DNA from: the human T2T-CHM13v2.0 reference genome, Homo sapiens
Reading direction: 5' to 3' (one strand)
NCBI RefSeq assembly: GCF_009914755.1
Contig: NC_060935.1
DNA length: 64,000 bases
In this document: positions 56,020 through 64,000 of the stretch, piece by piece
Layout: every line of letters begins with the position of its first letter
Numbering within the stretch: the first letter of the stretch is position 1
The notes under the pieces: model-generated
Told to the model about the DNA's origin: nothing
Databases searched by the model: none
The model's input: only the letters and a program-made list of their open reading frames with translations
Made by a program: the position numbers and the translations under genes

Positions 56020-58320
56020 AAAATAATGATCAATTTGGAGCTTATTCTTGCACATGGTATGAGAAATATATCTAATTGCACATTTTTCCAAATAACTTTT
56101 CAGTTGTCTCAACAACGATTATTAAAAATACAATCTTTGCCCAGTGATTTCAGATGGAGATTTGTTATATACTATATTTATAAATATGGTTGGGTCTATT
56201 TTTGGACTTTCTATTTTATTGCATCAGTCAGTCTGTCTTTCTATTCAAACACCAATACTACACTGTTTTTCTTATAAATATATTATAATGTGTTTTAATA
56301 TCTATGAGGTTTAATAACTCCTTATAGCTCTTTCTTTTCAACATTTCTACAGCAAATTTATCTGTTTATTTTTTCATATAAACTTTAAGATGCTTAGCTC
56401 TATAAAATTCTCATTATAATTTTTTTGTTAAGTCACATTAAATTTATAAGTACACTTAGGAAGACCTAAACCTTTATAATATAAAATCATTCTAACTATG
56501 AAGAAGAGATGTCTTTCTATTTCTCCAAGTCACATGTGTGATGTTCAGGGGTGTTTTACAGTGTTCTCCATTTAATATAATTTTTGTTAACTTTATTTAT
56601 AAGTGTTTTATATTTTTGTTGCTTTGGAATTGTTTTATCAATTTTACTACCTAATTGGTGCTTATTTGTGAATAGGAATGCTATCAATTTTTGGGTGTTA
56701 ATATAGTACCCCACTACCTTACTGAAGTCATTTTTGAGATAATTTTATTATTGATTCTCAAAGCTTTTCCAGGTATTCTATCATGCATAGTTAATTCTAT
56801 TTATTCTTTCTCAATTTTTATATTTTCAGTTTTTTTATTGCTTGTTTTATTTTTAAATCGTGGGTGTTTTTCGGGTTCTACATTCTAGCACAAGACTGGC
56901 ATTAAGACTGTCTCTCTCTTTGTATATATATATATATATTCTGCATTATTTATATATAATATGCATTATTTATTATTATTTGTTATGCTGAATTATGTCA
57001 AAGCCTTTTCTATCAACCATATGGATATCATGTAAATTATGGTGAATTATATTAATAGATTTTCAATATAATAAACAATCATTGCATTCTTGGTATAATT
57101 TATAATGCATTATTTTCTCATATGGTTTGGATATTTGTCCCTTCCAAATCTCATGTTGAAATGTAATCCTCACTATTGGAGGTGGGGCCTGGTGTGAGGT
57201 GTTTGGCTCATGGGGTGAATCCCTCATGAATGGCTTAGTGCTATCCCCTGGCGATGAGTGAGTTCATGTGACAGCAAGTTGTTTACAGGTGCATGGCACC
57301 TTTCCTCTACTCACTTACTCCTGCTCTCGCTATGTGATATGCTAGCTCCCTTTTGCCATCTGCCGTGATTGTGAGCTTCCTGAGGCCCTTACCAGGAGCC
57401 GAACAGATGTTGATGCCTTGCCTGTATGGCATGCAGAAGTGTGAATCAAATTAAATCATTTTTTAAGATAAATTACAGAGCCTCAAGTATTTCTTCGTAG
57501 CAATGCAAGAATTGCCTAACACATTTTTTACCATGTTCAAATGCGTCTGCTAATATTTTATTTAAGATTTTTAAATTTTTAAGGGACATTCATCTATGTC
57601 TTAAGGTTACTGTTATCAGGCTTGGGTATCAATGCAATATCTGCATCATAAAAAGAAACGAAGTTTCCTCTTATTTTCTGTGCTCTGAGATAATTTATGC
57701 AGCATTTGTATTGTCTGGGTTGAAATGTTTTTAAGGTTTTCCTGTGAAAACTACATTGTTTTTTCCTCTGTGGAAACCTAGTGTTTCTTTAAGGAATAGT
57801 TCCTTCATAATTTTATGTTTGTCATCTGAATATTGATCTGTTTATGCCTAACCACTACTGCAGTTAATTTTAATAAATAGCATTTTTCTAAGAAATAATC
57901 CATTTTCTAGGTTTTCAAATGTGTTTTTATGATGTGTGTGTATGTTCACTTATTTTTTTCCAATTCTTCTTTACCAAAAGTTAAGTCTACTTTTGTGTTT
58001 CCTACTTTTTCATGATTAGATTTGCATCCTGTGTGATCTTTTTTTAAAGAAACACAATTCTAATTTATTAATTTATTTTATTTATTCTGTCCTTTGCCTC
58101 ATCAATTTTAGTTTTTATCTTCATTTTTTCTTCAGTGTACTTCTATTTGGTTCACTTTTTGTTACTAGTTTTATGAGTTAAAATTTTAACATATTTATGC
58201 TTATTATTTTATTAGTGTAGGCATGTAAAATTAGATCTAATTGCTACTTTAAATGTAGTCCATGAATTTTGATATGTAGCTTTTTCAATATTAATTATAA
58301 GAGTTCTTAATTTCTATATA
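56020..58320 (-). mobile_element. Highly decayed old L1M (L1ME/MC-like) ORF2 region
   Basis: Reverse L1 ORF2 landmarks (cagttgtctcaacaacgatttattaaaaa, gggtctattttggactttctattttatt, attatgtcaaagccttttct, ctgctaatattttatttaagattttt); interrupted by MSTB. Ends approximate. Confidence 0.6.
57118..57523 (+). mobile_element. MSTB MaLR solo LTR
   Basis: atatggtttggatatttgtcccttccaaatctcatgttgaaatgtaatcc...ccctcatgaatggcttagtg...gcttcctgaggccct...tatttcttcgtagcaatgcaagaattgcctaacaca; 5-bp TSD ttttc/ttttt. Confidence 0.88.
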
Positions 58321-61300
58321 TTTTTTTAAATTTTAGATTCAGGAGATACATGCATGTGCACATTTATTACAAGGGTATATTGTGTTATGCAGAGGCTTGG
58401 GCTTCTGTTCATCCAGTCAGTCAAACAGTGAACATGGTACCCAATACACAGTTTTTGGCCCTTGCCTCTCTCCCTCCATCCCCCTGTTTGGAGTCCCCAT
58501 TGTCTATTGCACTCATCTTTATGTCCCTGGGTACTCAATGCTTAGCTCCCACTTATAAGTAAGAATATATGATATCTGGTTTTCTATTTCTGCATTGAAT
58601 TTTTTAGGATAATTTCCTCCAGCTGCACCCACATTGCTGCAAAGGACATTATTTCATTCCTTGTTATGGCTGAGTTGTATTTCATATTGTATACGTGCCA
58701 CATTTTCTTCATGAAATCTGCCATTGATGAACACTTAGATTGATTCTATATACTTGTATTGCAAATAGTGCTACAACAAACATAAAAGTGTGGTTTTTTT
58801 TTGGTAGAATAATTTATTTTCCTTTGGGTCCATACACAGTAATGAGATTGCTGGGTCAAGTGGTAGTTCCATATTTGCTTATTTGAGAAATATTAAAATT
58901 GTTTTACACAGGGGCTGAACCAGTTTGCATTCCCACAAACAGTGTATAGGTGTTCCCTTTTCCTCACAACCTACCCAATATCTGTTATTTTTTGACTTTT
59001 TAATAATAGCCATTCTGACTGGTGTGAGATGGTATCTCTTTGTGGTTTTGATTTGTATTTCTCCAACGATTAGTGATGTTGACCATTTTTTCATATATTT
59101 AATGGCAACTTGTGTGTCTTCTTTTGAGAAGTGTTTGTTCTTGTCCTTTGCCCACTTTTTAATGGAGTTATTTGTTTTTTCTTGTTGAATTGTTTAAGTT
59201 CCTTATAGATTCTGGTATTAGTCTCTTGTGAGATGCACTGTTTGCAAATATTTTTCCCCATTCTGTAGGTTGTCTGTTCACTCTGTTGATAGTTTCTTTT
59301 CCTGTGTAGAGTTATTTAATTTAATTTGGTCACACTTGTCAATTTTTGGTTTTGTTGCAATTGCTCTTGAGGTCTTAGTGATAAATTATTTGCCTTTGCT
59401 GATGTCCAAAAGAGTATTTTTTAAGATTTTCTTCTAGGATTTGTATAGTTTCAGGCCTTACATCTAATCTGTAATCCATCTCGAGTTAATTTTTATATAG
59501 GGTGAGAGGTAGGGGTCCAGTTTCATTCTTCTGCTTATGGCTAACTAAGTTTCCCAGCATCATTTATTGAATAGGGTGTTCTATCCCCATTGTTTATTTT
59601 TGCCTACTTCATCAAAGATTAGTTGGTTGTATGTGCATGGCTTTATTTCTGAATTCTCTATTCTGTTCCGTGGTTTATGCGTCTATTTCTGTGCCAGTAC
59701 CATGCTGTTTTGGTAACTGTAGCTTTGTAGTATAGTTTTAAGTCAGATAATGTGATGCCTCCAGTTTTGTTCTTTTTGCCTAGGATTGCTTTGGCCATTT
59801 GGATTTTTTCCATATGAATTTCAGAAAAGTTTCTTCCTAATTCTGTAATGAATGACATCAGTAATTTGATAGGAATAGTGGTGAATCTGTAGATTGCTTT
59901 GGATAATGTGGACATTTTAATAATATTGATTCTTCCAACTCACGAGCATGGAATGGTTTTCCGTTTATTTATGTTGTCTATGGTTTCTTTCAGCTGTGTT
60001 TTGTAGTTCTTTTAGAGATCTTTCACCTCTTTGATCACGTGTATTCTTAGTTATATTATTTTGTTCATGGTTATTGTAAATGGGATTACATTCTTGATTT
60101 GGTTCTCAGCTTAAATATATGGATGTATAGAAATGCTACAGATTTTTTTCACATTTATTTTATATCCTGTAACTTTATTGAAATCATTTATCAGGTCTAT
60201 GAGTCTTTTGGTGGAGTCTAGGGTTTTCTAGGCATAGAATTATATCATCAGAGAAGAGAGATAATTTGATGTCCTCTTTTCCTATTTAGATGCCATTCAT
60301 TTCTTTCTATTGCCTCATTGCTCTGACTAGGACTTCTAGTACTATGTTGAGTAGGAATGGTGAGAGTAGACATTCTTGTCATGTTTCAGTTTTGTGGGGA
60401 ATGCTTCAAGGCTTGGCTTATTCAGACTTATGATTTTTGTGTGTTTGCCATAGATGGCTCTTATTGTTTTGATATGTATTCCTTTGTTTCCTAGTTTGTT
60501 GAGAATTTTAATCATAAAGGAATTTTGAAATTTATTAAATACTTTTTCTGCATCTATTAAGGTGATTATTGTTTTGTTATTTTTAATTCTTTTTATGGTG
60601 TAAATCACATTTATTGATTTGCATAGGTTGAAGCCACCTTGTATCCCAGGAATAAAGCATACTTGATCATTGTGAATTAATTTTTTGATGTGTTTCTGGA
60701 TTTGATTTGCACGTAGTTTTTTTGGGGGGGAGAGGGAGGGAGCAGGGTTGGATTTTTGTGTCTATGTTCATCAAGCATACTGGCTGTAGTTTTTAGTTGT
60801 TGTATGTTTGCCAGATTTTAGTGTCAGGACCATATTAGTTTTATAGAATAAGTTAGGGAGGAATTCCTCCACCTCAATATTTTGGAATAATTTCAGTGGC
60901 ATTAGTACCAGCTCTTCTTTGTATGTCTGGATTCATTTGGAATCCGTGTGGTACAGGGCTTTTTTTGGTTGATAGGTATTTTATTACTAATTCAATTTCC
61001 AGAAATCTTACTGGGTCTCCATTTCTTCCTGATTCAGTCGCAAAAGTTTGTGTGTTTCTAGGAATTTATCCATTTCCTCTAGGTTTTCAAGTATGTGTGC
61101 CTAGAAGAGTTTATATTAATCTCTGAGAGTCTTACATATCTTTGTGGGATCAGGTGTAATGTCGTTTTTATTATTTCTGATTGTGCTTACTTAGATCTCC
61201 TATTTTTTCTTTGTTAATCTAGCTAGTAGTCTATTGATCTTGTTTATCCTTTTAAACAACCAATTTTTTGTTTTATTAATTTTTCATATATATTTTGGTA

Positions 61301-63881
61301 CAATTTCATTTTGTTCTGCTATGATGTTAGTTATTATCCTTTTCCTTCTGCTAACTTTGGGATTACTTTGTTCTTGCTTTTCTAGTTACTTTAGATGTGA
61401 TGTTAAATTGCTAGTTTGAGATGTTTTCGCGATGTAGGCGTTTAGTGCAATAAACTTTCTCTTCACACTGTTTTTGCCGCATCCTAGAGGTTTTGGTATG
61501 CTGCATCTCTATTTTCATTTGTTTCAAGGATTTTTTTTTTAAAATTTCTGCCTTTATTTAATTGTTTACCCCAAAGTCAGTCATGAACAACTTTAGTTTC
61601 CATGTAAATGTGTGGTTTCAAGAGTTCCTCTTGGTATTGATTTCTATTTTTATTCCACTATTCCAGTATGCTTGGTATGATTTCAAATTTTTTTGAATTT
61701 GTCGAGATTCACCTTATGACTGAATACGTGATCAATATTAAAATATGTTCTGTGTGCAGATGAGAATAATATATATTGTGTAGCTTTTGGGCAGATTATT
61801 ATGTAGATGTCTATTAGGTCCAATTTTTCAAGCATCAAATTTAATTTCAGATTACTTTGTTAGTTCTCTGCCTTGATAATTTGCCTAATGTCGTCAGTAG
61901 TATGCTGAAGTGTTCAACTATTAATGTGTGTCTGTCTTTCCCTAGGTCTAGAAGTAATTGTTTTAGGAATCTGGGTGTTTCACTGTTCAGTGTATGTGTA
62001 TTTAAGGTAGTTAAATATTTTTGTTGAATTCAATCACTTATCATTATGGAATGCTCTTCCTTTTTAACTGTTGCTGGTTTAAAGTATATTTTATACGATA
62101 CACGAATAGCAACCCCTGCTCTTTGTGTTTTCCACTTGTATGACAGATCTTTCTCTATTTTTTTTTTTTACTTTTGCCTGTGAGTGGCATTACATGTGAG
62201 ATAGGTCTCTTGAAGACGGCAGAAGGTTAGATTTTTTTAAATCCAGTTTGCCACCTCATGTCTTTTAATTAGAGCACATAGGCTGTTTTTTGTTCAAGGA
62301 TAATATGATATGTCAGGTTTTTTTCCATGTCATAGAATACTATATAGTAGTATTTTTTCATGTCATAGAATACTATATACTACTTTGTAGTCTTGATTGC
62401 ATAGTTGCTTTATAGGTCCATGGGCTATGAGCTTAATGTGTGCTTTTATGGTAGCAAGTATTATTCTTTCATTTTCATGTTTAAAACTCCCTTAAGCATC
62501 TCTTGTAGATTCATTCTGATGGTGATAAATTCCCATAGTGATTGCTTGTCTGGGAAAAGTTTTATTTATCCTTCATTTGTGAAACTTAGTCTGGCAGGAT
62601 ATGAAATTCTTGGAGGGCATTTCTTTGATTTTAGAATGCTAACAATAAATTTCCAATTTCTTCTTGCTTGTAAGGTTTCTGCTGAGAAGTCCACTGTTAG
62701 TCTGATGAGTTTCCTTTTGTAGGTAACTTTTCCCTTTTTTCTAACTGCCTTTAAGATATTTTGTTTCTCACAGATACTCTGTGTCTATGTGCATTTCAGA
62801 TGGTTGTCATGTACAGTATCTTGAAGAAGTTCTCTGGATTTCTTATACATGCATGTTGACCTCTTTAATAAAAGTGGGGAAATTTTCCTGAATTGTATTC
62901 TCAGATATCTTTTTCAAGTTGCTTACTTTCTTTTCTTCTCATTCAAGAATGTCAATAAATCATAGATGTAATTGCTTTACATAATCTCACATTTCTTAAA
63001 GTTTTTTTCAAATTCACTTTTTTCTTTTTATTTGGTCTGAGTTGGTAGATTCAAAAGATTATTCCTCAGGCTTGAAACTTCTTTTTTTCTGCTTGGTCTA
63101 GTCTATTGTTAAGGCTTCCAAATGTAGTTTGAAATTCCTGTAGTAAATTTTTTAATACCAGAAGTTCACTTGGTTCTTTCTTAATATAGCTATGTTTTCT
63201 TTCAAATCCTGGATCATTTTTCTGTTTTCTTTGTGTTTGATTTCAACTTTCTCTTGGATTCCTTTGAGTTTTCTTTTCATCTATCTTGAATTCTTTTTCT
63301 GTCCTTTCAGATATGTCATCCTTTTTAGGATCCATTGAAAGGAAGCTAGTGCAATCCTTTGGAAGTGACAAAAAGAAAACTCTGGCTTTCTGTATTTGGG
63401 AGTTATTTTTGCTGGTTTCTTCTCATCTGAGGGAACTGATGCTTCTTTCTTTTCTTTTCTTTCCTTTTTTTTTTTTTTTTTTTTTGAATTTGCTATAGTT
63501 TCGATGGGACTTTTTTTCCATGAGAGTATTACTGTGGGGTACGTTTTGTATAATTGATTGGCTTTATTTCTGGATGTTTTCAGAGGGCCATTGTTAGGTG
63601 TAGATCCCTTTGTTGCAGATATACTCATGTAGTGCTTTTCAAAGATGTTACTTGGTGTAGCAATCAATTTTTGTTTGGTGGTGTAATTCCAGCTGCATAC
63701 CTGTAGATGGCACTTATCAGTAAGAGCTGGCAGAAGGTTCTGGCTGTGAGTGCTGGCTGTGGGTGGTGAAGGTGATGGAGAAGCATGAGAAGTGCCCTCC
63801 CCAAGTGCTGTTTACTTTTGACATGAGTGGAGCTACTGGAGAAGCCCAAGAAGTTGACCTCTTTGGCCCACATGCCCCAGG
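58321..63881 (-). mobile_element. Long L1PA16-like LINE (3' UTR, decayed ORF2, ORF1, part of 5' UTR)
   Basis: 3' end tttagattcaggagatacatg...ggagtccccattgtctattg...ttagctcccacttataagt is L1PA16-like; track fragments HLTPVRMAIIKKSKNNR, KAIYRF...IPIKL...[26 protein letters not shown]; continues into ORF1 and the 5' UTR. Confidence 0.9.
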
Positions 63882-64000
63882 TGTATTAGGCTGTTCTTAC
63901 ACTGCTGTAAAGAAATACCTGAGACTGGGTAATTTATAAGGAAAAGAGATTTAATTGGCTCATGGTTCTTCAGGCTGCAGAGGCTTCTGTTTCTGGGGAG
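63882..64000 (-). mobile_element. MSTA-like MaLR LTR (runs off window), inserted in the L1 5' UTR
   Basis: tgtattagg...actgctgtaaagaaatacctgagactgggtaatttataaggaaaagagatttaattggctcatggttct. Confidence 0.85.

Overview
Repeat-rich, AT-rich primate genomic DNA. AluY and L1PA3-type insertions point to a hominoid, most likely human. I see no credible protein-coding gene: the ORFs in the track are L1 ORF2 remnants, Alu/microsatellite read-throughs or chance frames. Main contents: eight Alus plus a fragment; a 5'-inverted (twin-primed) L1PA3-like insertion with a 16-bp TSD (4241-5614); a near full-length old L1MA4-type LINE with a ~137-bp monomer array in its 5' UTR (~16150-23350); a complete non-autonomous MER41A/MER41-int ERV1 provirus with both LTRs, a tRNA-Arg PBS, a PPT and a 4-bp TSD (38991-45867); a long L1PA16-like element interrupted by MSTA at the right edge; DNA transposon fossils (MER45, Tigger2a, MER5A); and MIR, L2 and L3/CR1 fragments. 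A GC-enriched, promoter-like segment with (GT)21 and a strong minus-strand splice donor (~52755-53200) suggests a non-coding first exon of a gene I cannot identify. The most unusual observations are (i) a tRNA-Glu(TTC)-like Pol III A-box/B-box cassette inside the non-coding ERV internal region, (ii) a duplicated LTR-end/PBS/splice-donor module in the same provirus, (iii) two oppositely oriented Alus inserted at the same nick position, 33 bp apart, and (iv) a ~205-bp local templated duplication patched into an old L1. Subfamily calls come from remembered consensus sequences, and the ends of old repeats are approximate.
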